This document shows, piece by piece, positions 27,042-37,460 of a stretch of DNA of 64,000 bases. Source of the DNA: an uncultured Solirubrobacterales bacterium (GTDB lineage: Bacteria; Actinomycetota; Thermoleophilia; Solirubrobacterales; 70-9); contig CAVSYR010000004.1 of assembly GCA_963732225.1 (NCBI GenBank), forward strand, positions 82,710 to 146,709. Direction: 5' to 3'. The first letter of the stretch is position 1, and the number at the start of each line of letters is the position of its first letter. Under the pieces are notes generated by a model. The model searched no databases, had not been told where the DNA came from, and saw nothing but the letters and a program-made list of their open reading frames with translations. The translations under genes were made by a program, and so were the position numbers.

Positions 27042-28205
27042 CTATTGGCAGTGGTCGTACCACATGTCGTAATTCTGGTATAGAGACAGACCGCTCGGTT
27101 CAGCTAGAAGCAAACCACCAAGCGTCCCATTATTGGTCATCTTTATATCTGCGTGCCAGGTATAGAAACTGGCTTCCCCTATGTTGCGAACTTCGTTGTA
27201 GCTGTTCTGCCACTTGATGTTCCAAAACGTCTCGTGATTGAAGTTCAACAACGGGTAGTACCCAAATTCTGGTTCTTTTTTGCCGTTTCCGGGCCGCTCC
27301 GTGATCGACTCGGCTGACGAGCCGTCATAGTATTTAGGAGCTAGACCGGTGGCAATCGGCCACGTCACGCCGGTTGATTCGTTCGACAGGTAGAAATACG
27401 CTTTGTATTCGGCAAGGTTGTATCCGGTGTAGAACCCCATGTAGCTATTGGCTTCAAACGGAACTTTTTCCATGAAGTACTGCGGTTCTAGGCCTCCGCG
27501 TTTTCCGTTGCCTTCTTCCCAATACCCCTGCCACCAAATCGTATGTTGATTGTTGGTTGCCGTCCCTGTACCCGATTGAAGAAGCTTGCCGGAACCATTC
27601 CAACCGCCAAGCCCGAGCCAGTTCGATACAAGCGCTGTTGATTTACATGAGGCATAGGCGTTGCCGGAGGGCTCATAGAAATGCCCAAAGGTTGCAACCG
27701 ACCGCTCCCCTTCATTACTGTGGACCATGTGCCCTGCCCAATGTTGGTTGTAGAGGGGGGAGTTCTGGACCGGTTCGCTATTGGTCGAGCCAGGATCAAC
27801 CGGACCTTCACAGGTAATCGGCGGTCCGGCTTCCTTAAATCCTGATACCAGGCCTTCCCAGTCGGAAAGGCTTTGCTGAGTGACATCCTTACCTTCTGCG
27901 TCCCCAGGACGCGGCGGAAAGCTGTACCGAGCAACTTCCTCGTCACTAGCCTTCAACGGATCGAAGCCCTGCGGCGGCTGCCCAATTGTCTCGGTATTGC
28001 CTTCATCGCCATAGCTGAACGTGTAGGTGCTTCCGCCGTCCGGGTAGCGGGTGACCTTAGCCATGTCGCTGCTGTAGTCGGTCCGACCGACTTCGCACTT
28101 TTCGACATGCCCTGGTTCGTCTTGGCTGATATCAGCTGCCTGCGCTGAGGCTGCCGTGACAAGTACGCAGAGGACAAATAGGGCTAGAGCCCCTACCTTC
28201 TTCAC
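27042..28205 (-). CDS. Secreted G1-family (eqolisin / peptidase A4-like) glutamic peptidase homolog
   Basis: Signal peptide ALALFVLCVLVTAASAQA. AAGGGAG lies upstream of the GTG start. Motifs recalled for the family: HWAGH (family NW[AS]G), SNWLGLGGW...LLQSGT (family WVG[IL][DG]G...[IL]Q[AS]G, catalytic Gln) and SAESITERP (family AEWI.E, catalytic Glu). The assignment is from memory of the family motifs and needs HMM confirmation. Confidence 0.6.
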   Translation of the reverse strand: MKKVGALALFVLCVLVTAASAQAADISQDEPGHVEKCEVGRTDYSSDMAKVTRYPDGGSTYTFSYGDEGNTETIGQPPQGFDPLKASDEEVARYSFPPRPGDAEGKDVTQQSLSDWEGLVSGFKEAGPPITCEGPVDPGSTNSEPVQNSPLYNQHWAGHMVHSNEGERSVATFGHFYEPSGNAYASCKSTALVSNWLGLGGWNGSGKLLQSGTGTATNNQHTIWWQGYWEEGNGKRGGLEPQYFMEKVPFEANSYMGFYTGYNLAEYKAYFYLSNESTGVTWPIATGLAPKYYDGSSAESITERPGNGKKEPEFGYYPLLNFNHETFWNIKWQNSYNEVRNIGEASFYTWHADIKMTNNGTLGGLLLAEPSGLSLYQNYDMWYDHCQ

Positions 28206-28434
28206 TTGGCGTCTCCCTTGCAGTGTGGCTGGGCCTGATCACCCAACCCGGCGCGACGCTATCAGTTGCGGTCAGGGGTACAGCTTTTTATTGTGCTTAC
28301 TTGTTATCCCAACTATTCACACATACTTGTCATGCCAATACTCTCAAAACAGTGTGTGTGTACCTGTCGTACGGGCGCTATGCGCACTGTGAGCCCGAGT
28401 CTGGCGCAGATTCGCCGCTATACCCGCTTCGGGA

Positions 28435-28905
28435 TCAGAGATGTATTGCCCTCAGCCCGGGGCAGTGTTCGGCGAGGTGCTCGCAGACCAGGCGGCGGTG
28501 GCAGTGCTCGGCGCTCGCCTCGCTGCAGAGCAGCGCCGTCGGGGTCGCGAAGTCGGCGGGGTCGAGGGCGGACTCGATCCGGCGCTCGGCGAGCAGGGCC
28601 TCGAAGTCGCGCACGTATGCGGCCCACTCGCCGCCCTGCTTTTTGTAGGCGTCGAGGATCTCCTGGGTCGGGGCGAGCAGCGGCTCGTGCTCGTAGCGGG
28701 CGCCGAGCAGCTCGCGCAGGAAGTAGGGCAGGTCGCGGGCCTTGGCGAAGCCGGCCAGCTGCGAGCTGTTGTTGAGGCGGACATCGAGCAGGCGTCCGAC
28801 GCCCACCTGCTTCAGGCGGCCGAAGAAATCCTCGGCCGTTGACTGCGTGAAACCGATTGTGTAGATCTCGAGCGGTCCTGCGGCTCGCGCGCTGATCGTC
28901 TCCAT
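28435..28905 (-). CDS. DUF488 family protein
   Basis: From ATG at 28905 the protein reads METISARAAGPLEIYTIGFTQSTAEDFFGRLKQVGVGRLLDVRLNNSSQLAGFAKARDLPYFLRELLGARYEHEPLLAPT...CSEASAEHCHRRLV. This matches the usual DUF488 pattern (IYTIGHS..FF..L.....LVDVR..P.S; C.E....CHR). Confidence 0.8.
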   Translation of the reverse strand: METISARAAGPLEIYTIGFTQSTAEDFFGRLKQVGVGRLLDVRLNNSSQLAGFAKARDLPYFLRELLGARYEHEPLLAPTQEILDAYKKQGGEWAAYVRDFEALLAERRIESALDPADFATPTALLCSEASAEHCHRRLVCEHLAEHCPGLRAIHL

Positions 28906-28931
28906 CGATGGACCAGCACCTGCAGCGGTGC

Positions 28932-29420
28932 TCACCCGAACCTCGAGAACTTGAAGCTGCAGTAGTCGAAGCCGAAGGCGAGGGTGACGTTGTTGGCGAG
29001 ATTGCCGTTGTGGATGAAATGCGAGAGCGAGCGTTGCGCCTCGATGTTCTTGCCGGCGTGCAGCTGCAGCGCGATCTGCCTCAGGTAGTCCTCCTGGCGG
29101 TTCAGGTAGCCGAACCACTTGGCGAGCTTGGCCGCATCGGCGGGCGGGCGGGGAACCCTGGCGATCCGTTCGATCGTGCCCGCGAAGATCTTCGCGGCGC
29201 CTTCGAACTTGTCAGCCGCGAGCGCATTGCGGCCCTTGCGCACGTCGCGGCGGGCGCCGTTCATCGTCTGTTCGGTGGCCTGCTCGCGGGGCTTGCAGGT
29301 CCTCTCCAGCTCTTCGACGTATTCGGCGCGGGTCGGGCTCGCGGCCGAGAGCGCGCCCGGCGCCAGGCACAAGAGCGTCGAGATGACGATGAGGATCGCG
29401 GCGATGCTCCACCTGCCCAT
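28932..29420 (-). CDS. Secreted hypothetical protein (162 aa)
   Basis: Intact ORF. N-terminal signal IAAILIVISTLLCLAPGALSAAS. The mature part is helical and charged. Confidence 0.7.
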   Translation of the reverse strand: MGRWSIAAILIVISTLLCLAPGALSAASPTRAEYVEELERTCKPREQATEQTMNGARRDVRKGRNALAADKFEGAAKIFAGTIERIARVPRPPADAAKLAKWFGYLNRQEDYLRQIALQLHAGKNIEAQRSLSHFIHNGNLANNVTLAFGFDYCSFKFSRFG

Positions 29421-29575
29421 TTACTCGACCTGCTCCCTCTCCCTGGCCGCTCCCGCGCCACCGACTGCTCGGTCGGCGCCCGACTTACGGCGCATCATAG
29501 TTCCATTTCGCTCTGTCGGTGAAAGCCGCCGTCGACCACAGTCGTTAAGCGCCAAGCAGCGAATCGACCAGCTGT

Positions 29576-30170
29576 TCAACCACTCGCGGCTCGAGTCGCA
29601 TAAGCGCACGGCATGTCGCGGATGACGACATTGGTCCAGCGCTGCTGCTCCTGCAGTCGCTCCATCGAGACGCGCGTTGGTCGTTGTGCAGAAGATGACA
29701 ACGGCGTCATAGGCGTCGTTTTGAAGATCGATACGCGGCGCGAGGGTCCGGCGTTGCGTGCCGCGAGCCGGACGTTGAAGGCGTAGCACCTCCCTCGAAT
29801 CTGACCTCGGCACCGGGCGACTTGCGGTTCGCCGTACTGTCGAGCCAAGAGCCGACGGGAAATCCAGTCGAGCCTCGGGTGTCCGGGCGGCTACGTAGAG
29901 GCGAAGCTCATTCAGAGCATGCCACCGCTTTATCGCACCACCAGGCGCCCGGAAAAGGCACAGGGAGGTCCGGCGAGTCGGTTGCCGACCATGGTGAGAT
30001 TATCCATTCGGTTCCCCGACCAGACAAGGCTGACGCGCGACGTAGTTGGCATCGATCAGCTCCGCGATGATCTGCTCGGTCCTCTCCGGGGAAGCGCCTA
30101 GGAATCGGCCGAGCTGGTCTATGCGGATTGCCCCTTGTTCGGAGATCAGCCGCAAGATCGGCAGCTCCTC
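29576..30170 (-). pseudogene. Replication-relaxation-family gene, tandem copy B, heavily frame-disrupted
   Basis: Segments in different frames: LPILRLISEQGAIRIDQLGRFLGASPERTEQIIAELIDANYVARQPCLVGEP; ..NELRLYVAA..; DAYDAVVIFCTTTNAR; QQRWTNVVIRDMP. These are collinear with copy A. Confidence 0.5.
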
Positions 30171-31011
30171 AGCAGTGGGCTGACGCTTCGCCTCGCGCCT
30201 CGGCCGCGCCTCGGGCTCGGAGAATGATCCCGGCGGTAGGTCGCGGACGATGAGGTTCGGCCAGGTCCCCTCCGCCTTGAGGCGACGGAGGAGGCGGCCG
30301 TCGCGGGCGCGCAGAAGTAGACGACGGCGTCATAGCGGTCGCAGTTGTCGGTGAGGAGCCGTCGGTAGTGGCGCTTGCTCTTGGCGCTGAGCTCGACCTC
30401 GATTGCGTGGCGCTCGCCATTCACCTCGAAGAGACCGTCCGGTATCTGCGCGCCGAGGGCTTGCTCCCCGAGCTGGGTCTCGCTGAGCCAGCGTCCCTGT
30501 GGTTCGCGCTCTTCGAGGTGAAGGCGGACCTGGTTGACGGCGCGTCGGTGTTTGAGAGTCATGTGGAAGGGCCCCCGGGCCTGGTGGCTGAGACCAGTAC
30601 CGGCGACGGAGGCGCCCTCGCGGGTCAACCAAACCCAGGGCGCAGTCGTTGACGTAGAAGGCCCGGGCTTTGGCAAGCCGATCTTCTTCAACTGCTCGAC
30701 GAGTTCTCGGCTTCGGATAGATCGGAACTCAAAAAGCGAGCCAGCTGGTCGAGCGGGAGCGCGCTCTGCTCAGAGATAGCCCGAAGCGCCGTGCGGCGCT
30801 GCGGCCTGCGGTGCGATCGGTTGTCGACGTCTGGGTCTGCATGCCCGAGCCAGGGCACGCTTCGCGTGCGAGGCTGCGAGTGGCTGCAGGCCAAGACGGT
30901 GTGAGCCAACGATGGGAGATCGAGGCGCGGCCGGTGCAGCCAATTCCTGGAGGTAGATGGGCCTGCTTGTCGGACGGTAGACCAGCAGGTCTGGCTCAAT
31001 GGGAGTCTCAT
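30146..31011 (-). pseudogene. Replication-relaxation-family gene (plasmid/ICE type), tandem copy A, frame-disrupted
   Basis: RRTALRAISEQSALPLDQLARF(F)EFRSIRSRELVEQLKKIGL... (frame change in a T5 run), then VWLTREGASVAG...HMTLKHRRAVNQVRLHLEE...IPDGLFEVNGERHAIEVELSAKSKRHYRRLLTDNCDRYDAVVYFCAP. After another shift it reads DGRLLRRLKAEGTWPNLIVRDLP. The pattern fits the Replic_Relax family as recalled. Confidence 0.6.
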
Positions 31012-31031
31012 CCAGTGGGTCGAGACCGGCC

Positions 31032-31587
31032 TCAGTGCTGCACGCCGTCCTCGGCGGAGTGGAAGTCACCGCCGCAGCGACCCCAGGCGCCGCGGCCGGC
31101 GCGACGGGCTGAGCGCTGCGCGGCTTCGAAGCGCGGCAGGCCGTCGAAGCGCTGATCGTCGTAGCGGTAGACGTAGGCGAGGCCGCGACGCAGCTGGGCG
31201 ATTTCGAGCTGGCGGCCGGCGATGAAGGCGTGGGCGAGGAGGCGGCCGTAGCGGTCTTCGGGGTCGGCGACCGAGTCGGGACGCAGGGTGACCGTCGGCG
31301 CCTTCGGGCGCGAGGCGTTCCATCGAGGCGGCGGCGGCCTGCGCGCCGCACTCGGTCGGGTAGCCGGGCCGGACGTCCTCGGGGGTGTCGATGCCGACCA
31401 GGCGCACGTAGGCGAGCTCGCCGGAGCGGCAGCGGACCCGCAGGGTGTCGCCGTCGACGGCGTAGGCGACCTTCGCTCGGATTGCGACGCGGGCGGCGTC
31501 AGGCGCCATCTCAGGCGCCGCGGCCGCCGTGCAGCCCATCGCACCCGCGGCGATGACAGCAGCAACGATGGCAGAGAGGGCCTTCAT
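31032..31587 (-). pseudogene. Thermonuclease (staphylococcal-nuclease-like) lipoprotein with one frame change
   Basis: MKALSAIVAAVIAAGAMGC (lipobox-like), then AKVAYAVDGDTLRVRCRSGELAYVRLVGIDTPE...ECG. After a shift near 31290 it reads VTLRPDSVADPEDRYGRLLAHAFIAGRQLEIAQLRRGLAYVYRYDDQRF... Confidence 0.75.
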
Positions 31588-31629
31588 TGCTGAAGCAAAT
31601 CGATCGTGATCAGTGTCATTTGCTACGCA

Positions 31630-32098
31630 TCATTCCGCACGGTCTGAGAGGCCTCGCCTGACATGAGCAAGCAGCTCATCCGCCGAGCAGGGGCCGGAGA
31701 GCGACTCGAACCATCCCTGCCCCTCTGTGTCGGGGTAGACACCAACAAGGAACGGACCACCCTGCGCGCCTTCTGAGTCCGTGACCCACACCGTTCGGCC
31801 AGGAATCGTCGGCGAGGTCACCTCGGCGACCCAGATTCCGCCGCCGGTGTGGTGCAAACGCGCATCCATCCCGTTGGCTCTGAGGAGGCGGATCGCTCGC
31901 GCTTCAGCGGTTTCCAAGGTCAGCTCGATGTCGATTCCAGACCACCTCGGGATGAAATTGCGCCAACCACTCGATCGAGGGCGGCTGATTCTCGAACAAT
32001 GCAGCCACCGCAGCCCTGACGCTGCCACCCTCCGCCTCGACGATCACGTCTCCCCTGGTGGAGTCCTCCAGGACTGCGCGAAGCTGAGCACGGATCAT
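31630..32098 (-). pseudogene. Hypothetical protein; two ORFs joined by one frame change
   Basis: MIRAQLRAVLEDSTRGDVIVEAEGGSVRAAVAALFENQPPSIEWLAQFHPEVVW joins to IDIELTLETAEARAIRLLRANGMDARLHHTGGGIWVAEV... near 31925. No recognisable family. Confidence 0.35.
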
Positions 32099-32185
32099 CA
32101 GAGGTCCTCCTCTTCCAGTTCGACCGGTGAGCCGTCATCGAGCGAGGCACGGGCTCGATCGGATTGGAAAGCTCGACCTCTTCGG

Positions 32186-33222
32186 TCACCTTTCTGCGAT
32201 GCGCTGTGCCTGGGCACCGTCAGTCGCCTTGACGACCACGAAGGCGTGAAACTCGTAGATCGGGGTCACCTCTGGGCCCCCTTCCAGCCCCGACGGCAGC
32301 GCCGCTTCAAGGCGCCTGCGACGCGGTCGACAACGGCCGCGTATCGCACGGCGACAGCGCTCTCGACTGACCACTCGGCAGGGACTGCGATCGGCTCGCT
32401 GTTCCCGTGGAGCCGGCGAAGGCGCAAACGCAGGAGGCGACCGACCGCGCTACGACCTCGCTTCTCGCCATCGCAGAACTTGAGGCCGCGCCGACGCGGA
32501 TCTTCGTCGATCAGAAGGTTGGCCAGCTCGTAGATCAGCCTGTCCGCGCGAGCGGCGGGGGGGAAATCGGGAGACGCATCGATCACGATCTCCCCCGTGC
32601 CCGGCTCGTGATAGCCGCGCACCGCTGCCGGCGATCGGTTCGAAGTTCACGGGAGAGCCGATTTCCGAGGCGAACTTGATCAGTTGGCCCGAGCACGCAG
32701 ATCAACTTGTGGGCCTCGCTCGGCTCGGGTGCGCGGCTCTTCCTCAGCGGGCTCTGGAAGCTCGGGCAACGGACGCACTTGGTGCTGATCGAAGACCGGG
32801 ACCAAGACGCAGCTCGCCTTCTGGCTTCTCCTCAGGCGGCGAGCCGGCCTCTTCCCAATCACCGACCGCGGACTTCGCAGCGGGAACGTGCGCCCATACG
32901 CGAATCGGCGTCTCATCGCTTCGCACCTCGTAGCCGAGCGTCAGCCATCCCCGGGCGCCGGCGACGCTCGCGGGCGCCCGGTCGCTGGTTGGCCACGAGC
33001 AGCGTGTTGTAGAGATTCAGGCCCGTGCTGCCCAGATGGCAGCGAACCTCGAGCCAGCGCTGCCAGCCCTCAGGAGTTCGAATCGCTTCCATTGCTTCCT
33101 GGGTCAGGCCGTCGGCAGCGGCTCTCTCGAGGAGCGCTCGCTGGTGCTTCGAGCGTTTCTCTTCGCTGCGCGAGGTCTCCGCAGTCGGGCCGCGCCGTCT
33201 GAACAGACTCGACGGCGCTCAT
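32186..33222 (-). pseudogene. ArdC-like protein (N-terminal ssDNA-binding antirestriction-type domain plus a degenerate metalloprotease-like domain), frame-disrupted
   Basis: ATG at 33222 overlaps the upstream stop (ATGA). Segments: TPEGWQRWLEVRCHLGSTGLNLYNTLLVANQRPGA; GYEVRSDETPIRVWAHVP; GYHEPGTGEIVIDASPDFPPAARADRLIYELANLL (YELAN where HExxH is expected). The assignment is from remembered ArdC motifs. Confidence 0.45.
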
Positions 33223-33440
33223 GGGGAAGCCTCGGAGTCGTCGGTGTCCCTGAGCGGCAACTGAGTGAAATCCTGGAGCGGCAGCTCTCGCGCCTCGATA
33301 AGTGACTCGACGAAGTCGGTGACGTCGTCTGGGTCGGCGATTTCGTTTGGCACCCAGATCCGGCAGAAGGTGAAGCTGGTGTGGTCGGCTGGGTCAGCGC
33401 ATGTGTGTTGCACGTGCCATGAGCTGCTCGTCCGAGCCAC
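33219..33440 (-). CDS. Small acidic hypothetical protein (73 aa)
   Basis: ORF with ordinary composition (..FTFCRIWVPNEIADPDDVTDFVESLIEARELPLQDF..). Its stop is coupled to the next gene. Confidence 0.4.
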   Translation of the reverse strand: MARTSSSWHVQHTCADPADHTSFTFCRIWVPNEIADPDDVTDFVESLIEARELPLQDFTQLPLRDTDDSEASP

Positions 33441-34602
33441 TTCATCGCGTTCGGTTCCGTCTCGGTATCCAATCGAAGCCCCCGACTCCTGACGCGCTGC
33501 CGTTGCCTGGAAAGAAGCTCAGCACCACTACCGGCCTAGCGTCGTATCGCTCCATGAGTGGACCACTTACGTTCAGCATCCTGCCCCCACGCTTCAGAGC
33601 GACACGCTCAGTCTCGATACCGATCCCGCGGTCGAACTTCAGCACGGACGATCCGATACCTGCACCTCGAAGAAGCCTTCGCCGCTCATGGAGTGACCTC
33701 GAAGCCGCGCGGCTGCTAGGACCGCCGGCACAGCGTAGAGGCGGCTGAAGGTCTCGAACAGCTCTGTCGGTGCATCGCCGGTGCTGAGTCCGCCGGTCAG
33801 GTAGACGGTTGCGCCGCGCAGCTCAACCAGGCGAGTCGCGGCTCTGTTGCAACTCCGCCTCCAGCTCGCCGAGCGAATCTCGCAACTCACCGCGGATTGC
33901 ATCTAGACCAGCGTAGGTGTCGGTCGTGCTCCAGAACTCGTCGGGAATCTCGACATGGCCAGATTCACCGAGTCGATTTCCTTGCGGGCGGCGTCGAAGT
34001 CGGTGTTCTCCCGGACTCGATGACCAAGGCGGTGATGAGGAGGTCAGCGCCACTACCGATCGCCTCCCTTCGCTTCGTGGTGAATGATGCTGCGCAGTTG
34101 GCGAGGATCTGAAGGGGGTCTGCACAACCGAGGTGGTCGAGCCCGTGGAGGACGTTCGGTGACGGTGTCGATCGCAGCCCTGAGATCGCCGTCATCGGCG
34201 TCATCGTTTTGACCGCGGTCAGGCGTACCCGCATCGATGGCCGAAAGCCCGAGGATGGCCCAGCGCCTCCGCTCGGCGGAGCTGGACCCCTGCCGAGCGC
34301 GAACCGAGTTCTCTGCCGTTGTCTATGTGGCGATTACGGCTCATATCCGCACCTCCAGCTGCGAGGAGCGAAGCAAAAGCCGATCCTCGGAAAGGCCGTG
34401 GGCGTTCGCGTAGCCTCGACGGTTTGGATAGCCGGGCTGGCGGTAGGACAGGGCACGTCCAAGGGACCCGGATCGAGCAGGGCGGGCGCGTAGCGCCAGA
34501 GCAAGGCGCGACAGCACTCCCGACAGCAGCACTCGGGAATCGAGACTCCGGTCTGCTCGCAGAGGCAGGGATTGCTCATCGACCGCAAGACGGGCCGGGA
34601 GC

Positions 34603-35521
34603 TCATATCGACCCGCCCCCATCGCCACCTCGCAGAGGCGCTCGATACCGAAGCGCCACCGGCGGGTGCTGGCGCTTGCTGAAGATCCCGGCACCCGGCA
34701 GGTCCAACGCCTGCTCCTGGTCGCGCAGGTAGGAGGCGAGGTCCTCTGCCTGACCCAGAGACGCAGCGTAGGAATCGGCTGCATACTCACGCGCGCGCCA
34801 GTACGCGGCCCACGCCGGCGCCAGCAACCGCAGGGCGATGGTTCCTCCACTCAATCGAGCGATCAAGCGCATCAATGCCCACGGAATTGCGCCGTGCGGA
34901 TCGGGGTTCCGCTCCACCTCGCTTCGCCGAGCGCTCTCGGTAGGTGAGAGCGCAAGGGGGTCATCCCACATTGAAAGCCGATTCAGCGCCTCGGTGATTC
35001 GGCCATCGAGGGTATTCGCGTGGCCGAGCTCATGGCCCATGACAGCGGCAAGCCCGTCGCATTCGACCATCGCCCGGCTGAAGATCACCACCCGGCCTCT
35101 GACCGCAGCAAAGGGCACCGGGTCGTCGAGCACCCGGTAGTCGGGTGCGCTCGGCAGCTGCGCTCGAGTGGCCCGCAGGAGGTCGAATGCGTCACCGAGT
35201 GCGGCGGCCTCTCGGCACTGGGGCGCCTGATGCCAAGGCGCCGCCCCCACACCCACCCTCGACCCGGAGGAAAAAGCCGAGGATCGACCACAGCACGGGT
35301 GCGAGGGCGGCGGCCCAGGCCCATCCCTCGGGGCTCAGCCCGAGAGGAAGCACGCTCCCCACGATCGCGGCTCCGAGATAGGTAAGGAGCCAGCGAGTGC
35401 TCACTCCAAGCAGCACCTCGACGACCAGCGTCAGCAGGTAGAGAACAAGGCCGCCGGCGGCGCTGGGAAAGGTGGCGCGGCTGCGGCGGTGTACCTGGGT
35501 GCTGTCCGTCTGGGTGTGCAT
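34603..35521 (-). pseudogene. M48-family (HtpX-like) zinc metalloprotease with one or two frame changes
   Basis: The N-terminal TM part starts at ATG 35521 (MHTQTDSTQVHRRSRATFPSAAGGLVLYLLTLVVEVLLGV...LWSILGFFL). It joins near 35250 to ...VVIFSRAMVECDGLAAVMGHELGHANTLDGRI (HExxH)...REYAADSYAASLG...HPPVALR. The C-terminal end is uncertain. Confidence 0.7.
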
Positions 35522-35789
35522 GGGCGACCCAATGCACGCTCGCGTGCCACAAATGGGAGTCCTGTGCGCCCAGACGAGGGCTAGGTCCAGGGAATCGTGA
35601 TGGCACGGCGGGCCGTGAGGTGGTTCTTCAACTCGGCCTCGTTTCTGTGGGCGTTGCCTTCCCCCGTCGATGCCGAGGGCTACGCACCCCGCCGGCAAGA
35701 CCTGGCCACATAGAAAGCATTCGTCGAGGACGCTGACCGGCCCGGCCAGATTGCGAGCATCGGCTGGCCGAGATGGGAGACTTGGCGGC

Positions 35790-35999
35790 GTGAACGATCA
35801 GAAGGCAATCGAAGCGATGCTGGACCGTGCCGGCATCGTCTGGACCTTCGTCGAGGAGGTCGAGAGGGCTGAGGAGGCTGCGGTGGTGCTGGAGGTCGAA
35901 GCGAAGACCGGGCCGAAGAACCTTGGCTATGGCCGTTTCGTGTCCCGCCTGGGCTTTGACGAGGACGGCTGCCTTGTGAATTGGGGTTGCTGGGAGTAA
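35790..35999 (+). CDS. Small hypothetical protein (~69 aa)
   Basis: GTG at 35790 is preceded by GGGAGA. The protein reads VNDQKAIEAMLDRAGIVWTFVEEVERAEEAAVVLEVEAKTGPKNLGYGRFVSRLGFDEDGCLVNWGCWE. Confidence 0.4.
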   Translation: MNDQKAIEAMLDRAGIVWTFVEEVERAEEAAVVLEVEAKTGPKNLGYGRFVSRLGFDEDGCLVNWGCWE

Positions 36000-36083
36000 G
36001 TCTTAGCGTGCTCGTCTTCGGCGGGACTCGGTCCACCTGAATTTGTTTTCCGCTTGTTCAAGCGGTTAGGCGCCGTTCACGGA

Positions 36084-36113
36084 GATCGCGCCAAACAAAT
36101 GAAGCCAGACCAA
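36084..36113. repeat. Direct repeat DR-A (27/30 match to 49956-49985)
   Basis: GATCGCGCCAAACAAATGAAGCCAGACCAA vs GATCCCGCCAAACAAGTGGAGCCAGACCAA. Confidence 0.6.
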
Positions 36114-36282
36114 TCAATCGCCATCGTGCGGATCTCCGCGAAATGGCTTGCCTATGCGATGTCTGAGCTCTGCAAGACCGGTTCGATCGAAGTAGGCTTA
36201 GCTTCACGAAACTCGCCTAATTAGGCATAAAGAAAAACTTATAAGTTAGGCTGGGTGGACTGGGTTGATACACTAGATATGC

Positions 36283-36990
36283 ATGGAGACACCCTCCAAG
36301 AACCCGACGCCCAAAGCCCTCCAGGCTGCCGAGAAGGCCTCCCGTGAACTGGAGCAGGTAAGCCGTACCGTCAGGCAGGTCGAAGGGCGGGTTACCGAGA
36401 ATCTGGTGGCCGACGCCCTGAAGAGCGTCCGGTTCTGGAGTCAAAAGGTCGAACAGCCCGATTGGGTCAAGGTCGAGCAGTCCTACCTGAGGGAAGTCGA
36501 GCAGGCAGCCGACGCCCTGAAGAGGAGCCAGCGGCGCTGGTTCGCGAACGCCATCGACGATTGGAAGTCGCCCAAGTTCGAGATCGCTTGGCAGCCGAAG
36601 CCCGCGAACCTGAGCAAAGACTGGGCGGCCTCCTTCGAGAAGTTCAGCGCATGCAACCGCAGCTTTGAGGCAGTTGACCTCGGCCAGCACCTCGTCGCGC
36701 TTCATACGGCGGAGCTGAACGGCGCCAGGCGCAGCAAGCGCGTCCGTGAGAACGGGATGTCCGGGTGGTTTGAAGAGTTCCTCCGCACGCCATCAATTAC
36801 TTCGTCTTCGTCGACCGCGACGCCGATGCCGAGAAGGCTGCGCAGGCCCTGCGCGTCGCCACCCTCCGTGGTGGCAAGCGGCACTCGAGGCCTCGCTCGC
36901 TGGTCTCGGTTTGTGTCGAAGAGCTCGGTCGCATGGTCGAGCGCCTCGCCGATATCGCCTTCCCGAACGCCCCCACCGGTGCCCGCCTGA
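36283..36990 (+). CDS. Hypothetical protein; the first ~170 aa are convincing and the C-terminus may be out of frame
   Basis: An AT-rich promoter-like stretch at 36180-36280 precedes the ATG. The protein begins METPSKNPTPKALQAAEKASRELEQVSRTVRQVEGRVTENLVADALKSVRFWSQKVEQPDW... The last ~60 aa are Ser/Pro/Arg-rich. Confidence 0.4.
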   Translation: METPSKNPTPKALQAAEKASRELEQVSRTVRQVEGRVTENLVADALKSVRFWSQKVEQPDWVKVEQSYLREVEQAADALKRSQRRWFANAIDDWKSPKFEIAWQPKPANLSKDWAASFEKFSACNRSFEAVDLGQHLVALHTAELNGARRSKRVRENGMSGWFEEFLRTPSITSSSSTATPMPRRLRRPCASPPSVVASGTRGLARWSRFVSKSSVAWSSASPISPSRTPPPVPA

Positions 36991-37076
36991 CATTGCGTTC
37001 TGCATCTCAAGGTGGGCAACCGGCCTTCAGTTTCTGAAAACCCAAGCCCGCCGTAGCCGAAAGGTAGGTGGGCTTC

Positions 37077-37460
37077 ATGAAAGTCCTCTTTGAATGTTCC
37101 AACATCGAGTACATCGCGATCACCGACCAGGTCGTCGAATTCTGCGCCGACCTCTCCGACGAGGAATGGCTGAACCTGGACGTCCAGGCGAAGGTCCTCG
37201 CCTGGGCGATCGAATCGGATGCGCCCCTTGTCGTCAGCGTCTCCAAGGTCCCCGGCTCAGCCCGGCTCTCCGAAATGGAGATCACGCCGCCCGACGTGGA
37301 CGGTCCGAAGGCGATCCTGCTCGTCGTCGTCGAGGAGCACCGGGTGCTCGTCGTCCACGGGGTCACGGTTTCCAATCCGCCGGTACCCCCGGCCGAGATC
37401 GAATTCGCCGAGACCGCCCTGACCGAGTTCGAAAGGGAGTCGGGAGGTGAGCCCCACTAA
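37077..37460 (+). CDS. Putative toxin partner of the XRE antitoxin (weak RelE/HigB-like resemblance)
   Basis: ATG at 37077 is preceded by AAGGTAGGTGGG and overlaps the downstream HTH gene by 14 nt. The segment GSARLSEMEITPPDVDGPKAILLVVVEEHRVLVVHGVT loosely recalls RelE/ParE-fold toxins. Confidence 0.4.
   Translation: MKVLFECSNIEYIAITDQVVEFCADLSDEEWLNLDVQAKVLAWAIESDAPLVVSVSKVPGSARLSEMEITPPDVDGPKAILLVVVEEHRVLVVHGVTVSNPPVPPAEIEFAETALTEFERESGGEPH

Noticed and set aside
33500-34234. A frame-broken minus-strand hypothetical gene (..GADLLITALVIESGENTDFDAARKEIDSVNLAMSRFPDEFWSTTDTYAGLDAIRGELRDSLGELEAELQQ..LVELRGATVYLTGGLSTGDAPTELFETFSRLYAVPAVLAAA..).
   Set aside because: It is probably a real decayed gene of the mobile region. 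It needs at least three frame changes, and I could fix neither its ends nor its family.
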